A stretch of 64,000 bases of DNA. Source: Marsupella aquatica. Taxonomy: Eukaryota > Plantae > Marchantiophyta. Position 1 is the first letter of the stretch. Every line of letters begins with the position of its first letter. The DNA is taken from positions 10,443,135-10,507,134 of the forward strand of contig OZ316899.1 in NCBI GenBank assembly GCA_973895155.1, written 5' to 3'. The notes beneath the pieces are model-generated. The model did no database searches and had not been told where the DNA came from. It saw only the letters and a program-made list of their open reading frames with translations. A program made the position numbers and the translations under genes. Positions 37,349-50,930 of the stretch are shown one piece after another.

Positions 37349-37798
37349 CTATAGCGTGTGATCCAAACATGTGTAGACACCAAATGCACCGGTGGTGGGG
37401 TCTGGGAGGCCAGGACAAGTGACATTGCCGGGCACACTGCAGGATGGCGAGTGGTTCCAGATGATACATTGTGCTCTATGCAAAAATTGACACCCAAGAG
37501 AACGGTCATCCAACTCTGGGCCAGAAGCCCGACAGGCAGGACAATCATATTGGCAGCTGTGTACACACCCTTGGGCCCTAATTTGTGGCGGGTCATGTAC
37601 AAGAGACAGAAATACCAAGGATGTTGGGAAGGGTAGAGAAGCAGGTACAGGCCGACTGTAGTTATTCCTGGCAACAATAGGGTACTCAAAGTACCATGCA
37701 GACTGGGCAGGAAGGATCCCAAGTCTCACATACTCAAGGCGCAACCTCTCTGCCTTGCGTGCAAGCCGCACATGTTCAACATTGCGGGTGCTCACCAT
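37349..37798 (-). CDS. Small Cys/His-rich hypothetical protein; CACTA cargo
   Basis: 149-aa ATG-initiated ORF co-oriented with the other cargo genes; CVHSCQYDCPAC..CQFLHRAQC..NHSPSC..C..CLDH. Confidence 0.4.
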   Translation of the reverse strand: MVSTRNVEHVRLARKAERLRLEYVRLGILPAQSAWYFEYPIVARNNYSRPVPASLPFPTSLVFLSLVHDPPQIRAQGCVHSCQYDCPACRASGPELDDRSLGCQFLHRAQCIIWNHSPSCSVPGNVTCPGLPDPTTGAFGVYTCLDHTL

Positions 37799-40700
37799 AA
37801 CTGTTGCTTTTGTTCAGATGTCTTGTGTTCACGTCCTCTGACGTCCTTTGATCAGCAAGGTGAGCAGGAGCTGTACTTGCCTCACCAACAACAACCAACC
37901 TGAACTTATCAGTTCCCACTCACTGTGTCATTCCCTTGATTCCAACTAGAGGTCATAGTATAAACTTAGCATGAAACACTCCTAATCAACAATGTTGCAA
38001 ACTACAATATCCAGAAACACTGAAAGTCTCTGCCTGCAGTGAGCAACAAAGAGGTAGTTCACTGCTTGCAAGAGTGACTGAGCAGGAGTGTAGGTAGACT
38101 GGCATTCAGTTGGCACAACTATATTGTGCATAAGCACAAAAGCTCTTATAAACATGATATGCATGAAACTCATCGATAAAATAGAAGGAAACTAAACAGT
38201 GGATGCAAAACAAAGCAAATTACAGCACAGGTCGGCACAGGGCAAAACAGAGCAAAACAGAGCATGGATCGAGAAAATGAACAACATGTAGTTCTTACGC
38301 AAGAAACTCAGTGACAGCAAACAAATTCACTAGCCCCAGGGAGTGAAGCAAATGAGTACCAAGCCAACCAACTAAGATTGACTATGAAATGCAAGTGACA
38401 TCATTTCAACCAAAAAAAACAATAAAGCACTTAGGCAACATTAATATAGAAGTGTAGTGGAATTATATCATGCGACAGATCATACTTGGTTCTACCTGAG
38501 GTGTACAGGCATACTGCCCTCAGGTAGAATGTGTATGCCCGCACATACACAAGAGGATCCCCAACAAAGCATACAACAATATGATCTGAATTCCCAATTA
38601 CTCTGTTCTGTCTATACCTATGTTCATCAAAAAATGTTATGAGCAGACATTGAGAAGCTAGCAAAATAGAGGAGCCAATCGAAGCCAAAATATTACATTG
38701 CAGGTTGAATACATCAGTCACTGCCAAGAATCTATGCATGAAACAAACATGAAGGTATCGAATATGTATATGCATTACAGACTTTCATGCTAGACAGTGG
38801 CCAAAGTTAAAATGAACTAGTTTTGACTTTATGACTCTCTGAATGAAAATATTTTATTTCAGAATTATATTCTATTTCAGAATGGGTTCAACTCTGTGGA
38901 TTGTGAACTGTCCCACTTGGAATTCCACTATTTGGGCTATCTAAGAATGCAGTTCAAAGGACATACAGTGCAAGACAGTTAGAGATCATGTCTTCATTCC
39001 GACGTCCAATTGGACATTTTATGTCACAAACTGCGCAAGCAATGAAGTCCATGGAATTTTCTCAAAAATGCAGCTTCTGTTGTTGGTAAAAGCAACTATG
39101 AGTTTCCTATTGAGTGCCCCCAATGCACAATACTACCAGAGGCCCACTTTAGACAACGATGGCTGTCATTACTTATTGGGAACTCGGATGCATATATATT
39201 GAAATGCTTCGCAGAGTGTTCCGACCACAGGCAAACCTAACATCAATCTCAACATTCAGTCCCGTCTCAGAATTGATTTAGAGGAGGCTTAGCATTCAGT
39301 ACAGTGTCAACAATCAGACTTGTCTTCACATTCAACATCCGATTGCAAGGGGCTTCGATGAAAGCACAAGACAGAGCTATAGAAGAAGAGACAGAGGAAG
39401 GCACCAGTGTGTTTGGGGAAAATGTGAAGCTCCAAAGACCACCCTAAACTGAAATCGCAGCGCGCAGTTGGCCGGTCGTAGGTTGATAAAAGCAAAGCAT
39501 AGATCCACTTGGACGTCTGCAATGTTGTGAACTTACTCCTTTCCTCACACTGTGACCGATGTCGCAAGGCACAACAGTCCTATCAATCCCCACAGAATGT
39601 GGAATCTTTCCGTCGCAGTTGAGGTCCTATGCCTGATGACATGATCAAGAATGAGTAGCTACAATGTCCAGTCTCTCTTGACAGGGTGACATAGCAGCAA
39701 TACATACATTGGATCAAAGCACGAGTCGGAGAAAAACAATGAGAGATAAAAATGGACTTTCGCTCACCCATGTGTTGGATGGAAGAATGCAGCTACGAGG
39801 GCCGGTCTCCAGCTACAGCTCCTTGATGGCAAACCGCAGGCTCTTCCCGGTTCTTCAACCAAAAACTGACCCGAAACACACTCTTGCAATGTCTTGAGTT
39901 AGTCGCAACAACTCCAATGTAGGTTGCAGCTGCCAATCCGTTCCCTCCACCCTCCTTGCCAATGCCAACTCCCGATAGCAATGAGGCTTGTTCAGCTGAC
40001 CTCCTTTGTAGGAGCTCCCAACTCCCAAAGGAAAACTGTCACTACTCAGCTAAAAAATGGCCCCTGGACCTTGTCGCTGCCAATGTGCGTCGTGCGCTCA
40101 GTTCTCCTGCCCACCAAGAACTTCAACTATAACTTCAACTCCAATGCCCAAGAAGATTGATGAGCTCCTTAGTCAAAGACGCAGCTGGAAGGGTATGCAC
40201 GCACTTACAGTTCACTAAGCTCCAATGCCCGGGATGATTGAGGAGCTGGTCCTAAGACTGGTCGCAGCTTGCACTCTTCACCTCAGGAATCCCGCGACGT
40301 TGTTTGAGCTCACAATACGCTTGGAAGAGAAGGATAGCTGCAGTAGACTTCACCCTAAGTCTTTACGCCTCCCACACAGGTCCCGCATTAGTAAAGCTTG
40401 TGCAGTGCCTTCCGCAGCAGCAGCAAAACTCCCGACTGACTCCCTCCTTCCGCAGCAGTAGTGATCACCTCCCTTGGCGCAACTGCGAATGCGCTCTACT
40501 TGCAGCCCAAGGACTCAAATGTGTCCAGCACGCAGCGATGGAAGGTTGGCAATGGGAGAAGTTACATACGGGACCCACACCACCACAATGAGCTCGTAGT
40601 TTTACGAGGGAAAGTGAAGGAAATGCGCACCCTAGCCAGCCACAAGGATGCACTTCCGCCTTGGTGTCTGCACCTTCTCCCGTCTCCCGATCAAACGAAG

Positions 40701-43599
40701 CTCAGACATGTGTGACTAAACGGGACGTGCGACTAAACGGGACGCGGGAACGGAAAAGTTTCACCTGATGGTGGCGATCAACTCCATCCAATGGTGCGTG
40801 TCCCCCGATTAACCCCCTCCCCCTTGAGATCGATATAACCCCCACGCCCATGTCATATAACCCCCCTAAACCCCCTTTAGGTGTCTTGGTAAAACCCCCC
40901 TAAAACCCCCTTTAGGTGTCTTGCTACAACCCCCCCTAAACTCTGGCAGGATCGGTTACATGCATGTGGATGAGTTAGCTAGGCCTAAACTGCACTTCAT
41001 GTAACACAAAACCCAAAAAAAGCCTCCCTAGCAAACCCTTATGCCCCTTGCATATAGTTCAGTCAATGGCTATGTAAAGCGTAATCCCATGGCTCAGAAT
41101 GTGTATGGGATCGGGTAAATATCCTTTAACCAGGCATATGGCACTACATTATTTTAAAAAGTGTTCAATGGCCACAATGAAAATGAATGGACAAGTCAAT
41201 TTTGTTGACTAAATTGGACTTGGCTTACTATTGGCCATTGTCTTATGTTGACTAAGTATGACTATGTAGTCAGACCTGAATGACTCATTCAATAGAGCAA
41301 GATTTTTAAAAAGTTCAATTGTCTTAAGTAGTCATATACATGACTACTAATGACTATCAAGTCTTGTGGGGTCTCAAAAATAAGACTGATGTTCAAAGGT
41401 TGCACTTGCGTGGTCACCCCAGTCACAAGTGGTCTGGTCACGAAATGCCCCAGTTTCTACTAGTGAATTCAATTTTGCAGCAGTGTCATGTCAAGGGACA
41501 GTGCCTCTTATGCACATCGGCATGTCCCTTGCATGCCCGCTAGGTATGTAGTTAGGGCTAGTGTATTACTTGAGTTAGCAACATGTTCTTATAGCAAATT
41601 CCAGGCGTTCTTGAAGCAAACGCAATTGTTAGTGTGATGCCTGGGCTTGGCTTACTTAGGGCATGTCTTTCTTGGTCGTTTTTTAGTTCTTCTTGAATCG
41701 CTGTTGACAGAGCTCAGACAGTGCTCGTCGGTTCTGTACACGGGATTCACACAGTGATTTGTTAGATGCTCCAGACCAATCTTGGCATCTCGCCGGTTTT
41801 CGATTCGATTTCAGTACGCTTGTTTCTCTTACACCTTTTATTCAAGAGAACTCCCGGGTTTGCAGTGAGGGGAAGAAGATTGCTTGTGGCGATTTCAACA
41901 ATTTCTGGTGAAGCCATTGCAATTTCTTCAACAAACATCGGAGCGGTGGGCTGAAAGTTATGGGTTTATGTTGTTATGTGTATACTTAAGTGTATACACA
42001 TATCAATGCTCCCAAGGGGGTCCGGAGTTCCTTTTCCAGTTGCATCCACGACACCATTGTTGCTTCCAACTATGCTACCGGCTGCCGACTGCCACTACCT
42101 TTTTTGGGCCATTTTTGGTGATGTTTTTGTAGGAGGGGCCGTTTGCATAGGGCCGCGAGCCCCTGCTCGGCTGTGCCTCCGTGCGCCATGCTACCTTCCG
42201 GCCGGCTACAATCCACGGGTTGCAGGCCGACACCTTTACTCTCGCTTGGAGCCCTGCAAAGGGTCGCTCGCCAGGTTTATTGCCGCCTCGCGGCTTTGTG
42301 TTCATAGGACGCCCTTAACACTCTATGTGTACACATTGGGGGCGACAGCCCTTTCCTTACCCTTTTCTTTTCCTTCTCCGACAGATGCCGTCCTAAGCTG
42401 CCTCTTGGCCGTGACACCTTTTCTCTAGCCGGCCTTTTCTTTACTTTACTTGGCAGCTGTTGTCGCGAGCTACCCTTCCTTTTTGCCCTGCCACAAGCAA
42501 GCAAGAGGGGACAGAGGGCACAAGGCCCTATGGAGAATTAACGCAGGAGGGAGGGGGAGCAAGTGTTAGGAGAGGACACGCAGCCCTATGTTGCATTAAA
42601 AGGAGGGGGAAGGGGAGTACATACAACTCCCTTCTCAGGAGTCCTCCTGCCAGGGCCCGAGGCCCAATTTCATTGAAGGAGGGGACTAGGGGAGGGGGAG
42701 TTTGCTCCCTTCTCTTTGAGAGTTCATAAAGGGGGGCACAAAGCCCTATGGAGGGTTTGGGAGCCATTAAGATGGGCTCATTTCTTTCTGTTCGCTCTTG
42801 CCTTAATTTTGCCATGGTTTTTTTCTTTTGCACTTACCCTGCCTCGTCTTGCCCTTTCTTTGTCTTTTGGGCTGGATTCTTTCCTTTTGCCTTGCTGCGC
42901 CTTGCCTTGCTTGACAACATAGGGCCGTGCACCATTTTTATTGTTGTGTATAGGGTCGCTTGCCTATACACATTTGGCCGGTCCGCCTTAAACCCAATGT
43001 GTATACACTTAGGGGCAGGCCCATTTTTCTCATATTTCTTTTCCTTGTTGACGCGACTCCCTTGCTTTCCATTCTGAACGATTGCACTTCCTGGGTCCAC
43101 AATAGGGCCCGATGTGTATAGATTTTAGGGGCCCTCCTTTCCACCAATGTCAGGTCATCTGCATACCGCTACGGGTCTGGTGTCTACATATTGGATCATC
43201 AATTCAGCATATAATAGGCAAATGCAAAGGGGGACTGAATTTGCGCTTTTAAGGGTCATTTTCTCCTATGGTTTTTCTTTGTAATGGTTTTTATGTGTGT
43301 TTACACATTTTGTACATTTGGCACCCTAGGTTAGCATGCAGCATGTCAGCAGAGGAGCCAAGTTGTAGCAGTTCATTGCCACCGACACCCAAGTACCACT
43401 TGTGGAGTGATCCATGACTGTTGGTGCTAATTTCATTGGAGTCTCGGCAATTTTGACAACGTCAGCAGACAACAGCAACACCCACACCACGCAATCCTTG
43501 TGCTATATTTGGCAGTTGCTTCACCTCTACCCCAAAGCCTGCTATCGCTTCTTTGCCCTTTACTCCTTCATTAGTGGTTGTCCTTGCTTCACCGACATA

Positions 43600-44607
43600 C
43601 AGCATGGATACCAGCCACTCATCTGGCCGCATTGAGCGCAAAAGCATTTGTGAAATTTCTTTGCATGAGTTCAAATCCACTTTCTACACTATCGTTTACA
43701 AATTGGAGTTGAATTATGGCAGCAATTTCACAAATGCTTTTGCTTTAAGCAACTAGCTAGGTATGTGCACCATGAGGCTTTGGATGTATATGAGTAGCAC
43801 TCTCAAAGGCTACTTGTTGTCACGCAATTGCCTAACCCTGCCTATGGTAGTGCAATTGCGGCAGCCTCACAATTGGCCTTACAGAATGCCATTGCAGCCC
43901 ATGCTGTTGCTCCTGCCACTTCCCCTCCTACTCTAGTTCCTATCATTTTGCCAATTACTCCCACTATCTTGGCATAGGCTACATCGGGCATTTCTCCCAC
44001 CATTGACTCCCCTGCCTTTGCTGATCCAGTGGCTGAATTTTTCCAGGTTCTTGAATTAGAATTCCCAATCAAGAGTGCTGACAAAATCATGCAATTGGCC
44101 ACCTTTGTGAGGCAACGCGATGAAACATTGAAGATGATGGATTGTCGGCTTCTCAACCTGAAGGAGGACACCCAGAGCATCATTGACTTGAAGGTTGCTC
44201 ATCGCTATCTTTGTGCATTGGAGGGCACACCAGCTCTCCATTTGCAATTGTTGCAGCAAGTATTCTCAAAGTTTGGAGACAGCTACACATTGCTCAATGT
44301 CTATGACACTACTGAGAAACTTAAGTTGGCCCATGCACATTATGAGGCCAGTATTATGCGTCCACTACGATCCAGGTACCAGGTTGCTGCCCCTACACTG
44401 GCCACTCCTTCCCATGTGCCACAATATGGTTCCAAGCCCAAGCCAGCACATGCTGCTTTCATGCTGCCATTTTGCAACTATTATGGTAACCCTAATCACA
44501 AGGCTAATGAATGTGATATTGTTGCTGAGGACTTGTCTTGTGATTTTTGTGGGAAAGTGGGCCACTTGGAGGCAGTTTGTTTTGCCAAATTCCCAGAGAG
44601 GAAGTAG
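43600..44607 (+). pseudogene. gag: gag of the DNMT-gypsy element (degenerate)
   Basis: Zinc knuckles CNYYGNPNHKANEC and CDFCGKVGHLEAVC; stops and frameshifts. Confidence 0.75.
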
Positions 44608-45699
44608 CAATGACAGCAGGCCACTCATCCTGCTCTTGCTTCCACTCCCCCACCAGCTAGGAGGGCTCATACTACATCAATTGCTCCTCCTTCCAGTGGC
44701 AAAGCACCCGGTGCCACCAGACCGCCCAAGCAGCAACAGAAGCAATCAACTCAGAAGGAGGCTCACAACGCACAGGCAACTCAACTACAGTCTTTGATTC
44801 ATGAAGTTGAATCCTTACGTGCCCAACTTGCCAACATCAAAGGCAAGTCACCTGCCTCCGCTGGTCCTTCTCAACTAGCTGGTCACGTGCAACCCATCCT
44901 TGGTCCAGGCACCACTGACAGTTCAGCACCTTTGCCTTGCTCTTTCTATGGCTTGCCATTTGATGCTCATATGGGTGAGTGTGTGCTGTCCTTTGCTACA
45001 CAGCCTGGCCTTATAGCAGAATTTTCAGATTCATTATGCCCATCCTAGTTTGCTTACCAGTAGGCCAGTGCTGCCTTCCGTACTGCTCCCACACGCCGCA
45101 TTGTATAGGCTGATGGTCTTGCTGCCGGTCCTATGACTAGAGCCAAGGGAGCTTGGGCTGTCATGCCCCAATCTTTTCAGCCACTCACGCTTGCTGAAGA
45201 ATGCACCTTGTTGGCAAGGGGGGAGGGAGCTGCAGCTACATCCATTCCACCACTAGGTGCTATTGACATTGCACAAGATGTTGTTTCTCCTATGCTGCTT
45301 GAGCATTTTACCTTTGATATGGCACAACGGATTCTTGCAACTCAGTTGCCATGATTTACAACTGGATGCTAGAGCTGTCATCAGAGCGGTAGAGGGCTCA
45401 CTGCATTCCTTATCAGCCCCTATGACACCGGTTTTGGAGGTCCAATCTCATGTACATACTGGACCTTCTTCTTCTCCATTACATGCTTCCACTGGTTTGG
45501 CTATCCCAGTACCAATTTCCAGTGGTAGAGATGACAGTATTGCTGTAGATTGTGTGACCAGAGCTACACTTGATTCTGGTCATGTTGCTCCATCTTTCCT
45601 GACTACGCTGTTGAGTGGAAAGACCATGGATACTAACTCCCTTCACAAGGTACCTCATCATTTGCCAAAAGTGGTGTCTAGCGACAGGACTTCAGTTTC

Positions 45700-46100
45700 C
45701 ACCACCATTGCCATTGTTGACAACAGGAATTCAGCGGTCAAGTTGGAGGGTCACACTCCTCAGGTGGTCATGCTAGGCATAGGCGCTCAACCAATGATCT
45801 TGGGCATTCAGTTTGCCAAGAAGATGAGACTGCTGACTGATCATTTACAGCAATCTAGGTGGCACATTTGGACTGCTAGTGGCACTGTGGAGGACATGCT
45901 GGGTGAGAGTTCTACTTTACTCACCCTCATTTTTAATGGAGGTATAGATCAGGAACTTCATTTCCCAGTCAGATGCTTGGTTACAAATGCCACTACGTAT
46001 GATGTGCTCATTGGCCATGAGGCTTTGTTCCCACCAAGTTTCACCGTTGACAATTGGCATGAGCATGCATACTATAGAGTTGATTGGCATATTGATGGCT
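45700..46100 (+). pseudogene. Aspartic protease domain (degenerate)
   Basis: VVMLGIGAQPMILG (LDTGA-like), TASG, YDVLIG. Confidence 0.65.
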
Positions 46101-46973
46101 CGCACTTGGGCTACATTCCCCTTGATCTACATGGTGCCCATACACCCACGGCTCACCATTGTGTGTTGAAAAAAGTGCACATAGCTACCTATGTCAACCA
46201 CCCATTGCAGGATTGGATTGAGGAGGATGACGATGAGGTGGCTGCTGCACGTATAGCAACACTTTCTAGCAACATGGATCATCAACCAGAGGTGGTACAA
46301 CGGCTCCAAGCAGCCCATGGACCTTTGGTGGCTGCATTGTGCAAGTTTGAAGACCTTGGGCAGCATAATGGACAGCCAATAGCCCCAATCTTGAGCGCAC
46401 CAGTTACATGGACTCCTTCTCTGGATGGCCTTACATTGCTTGAGCTGTTTGGTGGCATTTCTACAGGCCTGGAAGCTCTCCTATAGTCCAGCATGGTGGT
46501 GAAGCAATACATCTACGTGGACATTGATCCAAGTGCAAGACAAGTGGTTGAATCCCGTCTGCTGGAATTTCAGAGCGATTTCCCCAACAGTTTCCACACA
46601 GTGCTTGGAAGTCTGCATTTTCTTTCTTCCCTCTAGATATCTAGCTTGTCCAGCACCAGCACTTCACCCTTCTTGGCTTCCTTGATTTGATCATAGCTGG
46701 TTGGGAATGCCAAGGGTTTTCAGTTGCTGGTCACGGTGCATGATTCTCATTCTGGCATTTTCACAGCATTGATTCAGGTTCTCACCTGGGCTCAATCCCT
46801 TTACCCTGCAGTTGGCTATATCATTGAGAATACTCCATTTCAGTTTGACCAACGTCCATAGGTCAAAGAGGATTTCAGTGTGCTCTAGCACTACTTGGGG
46901 CCATCCCTTCTCATTGATGCAGTGCACTGTGGTTCTTATGCACATCGTCTTTGTAACTTTTGGACTAACCTTG

Positions 46974-49900
46974 TGTCACATCGTCAGCCTAGGCCTTAAC
47001 CCGGGCTTCGACTCAGACAGGCACATCCTTTGTAAATATGAGGGTTTGGGCAAGGAGGGAAGCACGGAATGCACCAAACTCAAGTAAACTAGCGCTAAGT
47101 GCATCTACTGTTACTTACAGACATCTCCTAGGTATGGTTTGTGTTCCACCGCCGGAACGTACCTTAGTCAATAGCGGGATCGACCTCGGCTTATGTGCTT
47201 CTAAGCCTTTGTGCTGTCCGCCTTTGATCCGGATTTGATGATACGGTCACTCAACCCGTGCTCACAACCACTTACCCGCAAGTTGCACCCCGTGTACGGC
47301 TTGGGTAGTGCGTTTGGCCAAGCATTGGCACCCATACACGAGATTCACACATATACACACACACAAGCATACAATCTTGATTTACACGAAGGAAATAATG
47401 GGAAAGGATTTTACTACATAGGGGACATACATGTACACTTAGTTGACCCAAAAGCTCTTGAATGAACAGGTCCAAGGCCAAGCGTGCACACTACAATGGA
47501 GCCCGGCTCCGCACTCGCCCAACGAGCTTAGTCCTACCCCCTACCCTTGGTACTCTTTCACTCGTAGAGGTTGGGACTCCTCGCACATACCGCGGATGTC
47601 CAACTCTGAGACTAAAAACCCCCTGCCTCTACCGAGGGGTGCACTAAATACCAAGGGCGGAGGACCGGAGTGGCCTCAAGCCCCAAATATTCACTAACTA
47701 AGATCCTAACTAAGCTGGCTATCAAGCCGGAAAATGGCTTGTCTTATTAGAAGATTCTAATCTATGCAGGTTGGACAGTATGGCAGCACCGCTTTAACTA
47801 GGACAGGCGCTTGTCCCTATAGCCCGATTTAGCTACTCCTAACTCTATTTTAATCCTACCCTGCCGCTAATGCCTGGCACGCTTGCCAGAGCCGCCCAAG
47901 TGGGAGCGGCTATCCCGCTGCCTCCTAAGCCTGTCGGCATCCTGCTTGAGTAGCTGGACCTGGTCCAGCAGAGATTTGTTCTCAAGCTTCACCGCATCCG
48001 TCTCCTCCACGGCCTCCTGGCATGTCTCCTCTAGTTGCTGGATGTCGCTCGTCAGCTTATCCACCAACTGGGCCTGCTTCATGGCTTCTCCTTGAAGCCG
48101 CGCCACCTCCGTCTTCAGGGTGTCTATCTCGACTGCGTCCAGCTGAGACTGAGAGTCAGCTTCCTCCAGATCCTTCTGCCAAATGATGGCTTGTCCCTTC
48201 AAACCGTCAATCTTGGTCCAGAGCCGTGCAATCTCGGCGTCCTTTCCAAGCCTGGCCTGCTCTGCTAAGGCTGCTCAGGCCCTGGCCTTGGCAACCTGAT
48301 CCTTCGTGGCCGTTACCTGAGGTCGCAATTGTTGGAGTTTAGTCTCCAGGGCCGCCACTTCGTCCTTTAGGTAGGCAGACTCAACCCGGTATGGCTCTAT
48401 TCTCTACGTTGTCTCAGCCTGCGCATGTCCTGCCTTTACAGCCGCAACCAACTCCTGGTTGAAGAAATAGGCCACCTTCCATGCCATGTATTCCCTGGTA
48501 TCCCGTGCGATTTGTTGAGAGAAATCTCCCAACAACCCGTTCAGAAACGTGCCCGGCGCAAAGAGTTCCGGATGGTCCAGACTATGTCCATCTGGATTCA
48601 GGCACGGGCAGACCCAAGCCCGCAAGGGAGTAGGAGTGGAAACATCCAACCCTTGAGGTAAGTCGGTCGAAGGGGCTGGTTCCACAGGTCGGTTCTCCTG
48701 CACAGCCGTGGGGGGTGGCGGGATCTCCTCGACCACCATAGTATCGGGTTTGGGTCTGGCCTCAGCCGGCCCGACTTTGATTGTGTTGACCCGGTTGATC
48801 GCTTCCAAGGTCGCGATAACTGCGTCCATGGGTACGCTTGGCGGGGCGGTAGCGGCTGGTGGCGGGGTCAAGGAAGCAATTCTTGCAACAGCCAGGTTTT
48901 GGGCCTCGGGCTGCGATCGCCTCTCTTGAGCCGAGAACACCCACTTTGACAGAGTCAATTTTGTCTCGTTGCTACGGGGAAGGCTTCAGCGGTCAAAACG
49001 GGCGTACCACTTGATGATGATCTTGATGTGGCTCGCAAAGTACGCCTTTCTGTCAAGGTATAAGGTCTTCTTTCTCCGCTCCATCTCCTCATGGAACTTC
49101 TTGAGGAAGAAGGACGCCCACCTCCTAGGCCAAAAGTTCTCTACTTGTATGACCTGGGTGGCGGATATTTTGCCCTGTGGTTCTATCATGTGGAGGGCAT
49201 ACCGCTGGAACTCCAGGCGTTCTGCTACCTCCGGGATGAGGCACGTCCTCATCAAGAATCCGTTGTCCACTGCTCCCTCGGTCGGGAAGCTAGAGGACTG
49301 GTATTTAGCTCCCTTGCCCCCACGAGCCCGCAACTCTACCCGGTTTATCCCCCCTCGGGTAGGCCAAAAATCATCTTCAAACGTGCCTCATTGAGACACA
49401 TCACTCTCCCGTGTGCTTGGGTTTGTTGACGGGCCTCGTCCAAGTTTTGAATGAACTCCGTCATATCCTGCCCATAGTACTTGCTTCCATTCCAAGGGAG
49501 AGAGGCGAGGTGCTCAAACCCTTGGGTCTTTAGATAGCATGCATGCTTGGGGTGGAGGATGTTCTTGTGAACGTTCTCCCCCATGCGATGCATGGTCAGC
49601 TTGGCCACTGCAACCGTGGCTAAAGGCAACCCGGATATAGCTGTGGGTTCTTTTCTCTTTCTACCCTGAGACTGATTCCCGGGGTGACTAGAAGAGGGGG
49701 ACATCTCCCCATCCTTCCGGTCGGGCGGCGGTAGTGCTACTGCCATGAGTATTGGTGCCAAGGCTGCTAGAGTCACCATGTTATCCCCTCGGGCTTGCTG
49801 GAGTGGCGTCGGGTTGCTTGGTGCCTACTGAGTCGTACCCCGCGGCCGTTGGTTCAGAGGAGGGTGAGCCTCCTCGTCTTCAAAGCTAATATTCACCGCA

Positions 49901-50930
49901 TTTACCACGGATTGCACTCAGAGAGGTGGTGCGACCTGTGGTGGAGATTGGCTTGGCTAAGGCCCAGGCGGTGTTGGCGCTGACACGGATGGGTGGGCGC
50001 CAGTTGCAGCTGGGGGAGGCACCATTAGATTTAGGAAGTCCTTGGGGAAGTCGGGTGACGTTAAGATAGGAGTCTCGCTTGTTCGGGCAGGGCCAAATTG
50101 ACTATCTATGGAGGCTTGAACCTGGGCGGGGATATGGTCGTAGTGGTGCGGCTGCAAGTCTTTTGTGCCCGGGAGATGGTAAACCTTGTCTGGAAGCCAA
50201 AGAAGCGCTTCTCGGAACCCAACGTACTTCTCGTCGATGAAGAAGTACTTGCTGATTTTGTCAACTCGGCAAAGCTCACTCTGAAATGGGAGGTCAAAGC
50301 TGCCGTTATAGTGATTACGGCCGGCTAAGCGAATGGCTCTCTCGTAAGCTTGCTCGGTCTCGTATCAGCGCGGGTTGACTTTGGGTAAGGACTTGGCTAA
50401 GTGACTCCCTACGGATAGGAATTGCAGCCAAAATCAAAGGGCCAAACTGGACAATATTATGACAGACATCCAAGAGTGGTGGTGGGCGACTAAGGAGGGA
50501 CGAAGTGGCTAAGATCAAAGCTGGCGCGCAAAATGGAGTGTGGGTGTAATACAAGAGAATGGCCCTCCTTTTATACTCTGAGGGCTCATCTTTCAATTGG
50601 CCCCTCCTCCCTTCCTATAGGCCAAGCTTTTCACGCTCACAGTGTACTGGCCACTCGCGGTTCTGGTTCAGAGCATGTCAGCAGCCGCCTCCGAGAATTT
50701 GTTATATGGACCCGAAGTCTCCCCTTACACGCTCGTAACCCGGGAGTACAAATGGCGCTTCGCCACCATCCCAAATGTAAACGCCCCTTATTAACTAATG
50801 ATTCCCTAGTCATAAGTACTACCTACTTAGTGTCATTATGCTAATAACTATGGCCGACGGTGCCCCTAATGGGCATGCTAAGCACGGCTAGGCCGAATCA
50901 ATCATTAACCGCCATGCTGGCGGCGTCACA
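46974..50930 (-). mobile_element. Solo-LTR-like insertion (family B, 3957 bp) carrying a protein-coding region
   Basis: TGTCACA...GTCACA termini; perfect 5-bp TSD CCTTG (46969-73, 50931-35); DNMT frame resumes after it; TATAAAAGG on the minus strand near 50575. Confidence 0.88.
47867..49779 (-). pseudogene. Plant-transposon-protein (Athila-ORF/Transposase_32-like) domain + coiled coil inside LTR family B
   Basis: YLKTQGFEHLA..EFIQN..GRVMCLNEARLKMIFGLPEGG, then RWASFF, a Pro/Ala linker and a coiled coil; several stops/frameshifts. Confidence 0.55.

Larger units (their letters stand above)
25263..41465 (-). mobile_element. Complete CACTA (En/Spm) transposon, 16.2 kb
   Basis: TIRs CACTAGTAGAAACCGGGG / CCCCAGTTTCTACTAGTG; 3-bp TSD AAT (25260-62, 41466-68); TGAC-rich subterminal repeats; TnpD- and TnpA-like genes. 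Confidence 0.96.

Noticed and set aside
38000-40715. Short ORFs in the CACTA 5' region
   Set aside because: No recognisable motifs or consistent frame; may be UTR, intron or decayed cargo.
41766-43150. ORF cluster and 20-bp direct repeat (GGGCACAA.GCCCTATGGAG at ~42517 and ~42733)
   Set aside because: Low-complexity leader of the gypsy element; no TSD/TIR or protein homology evident.
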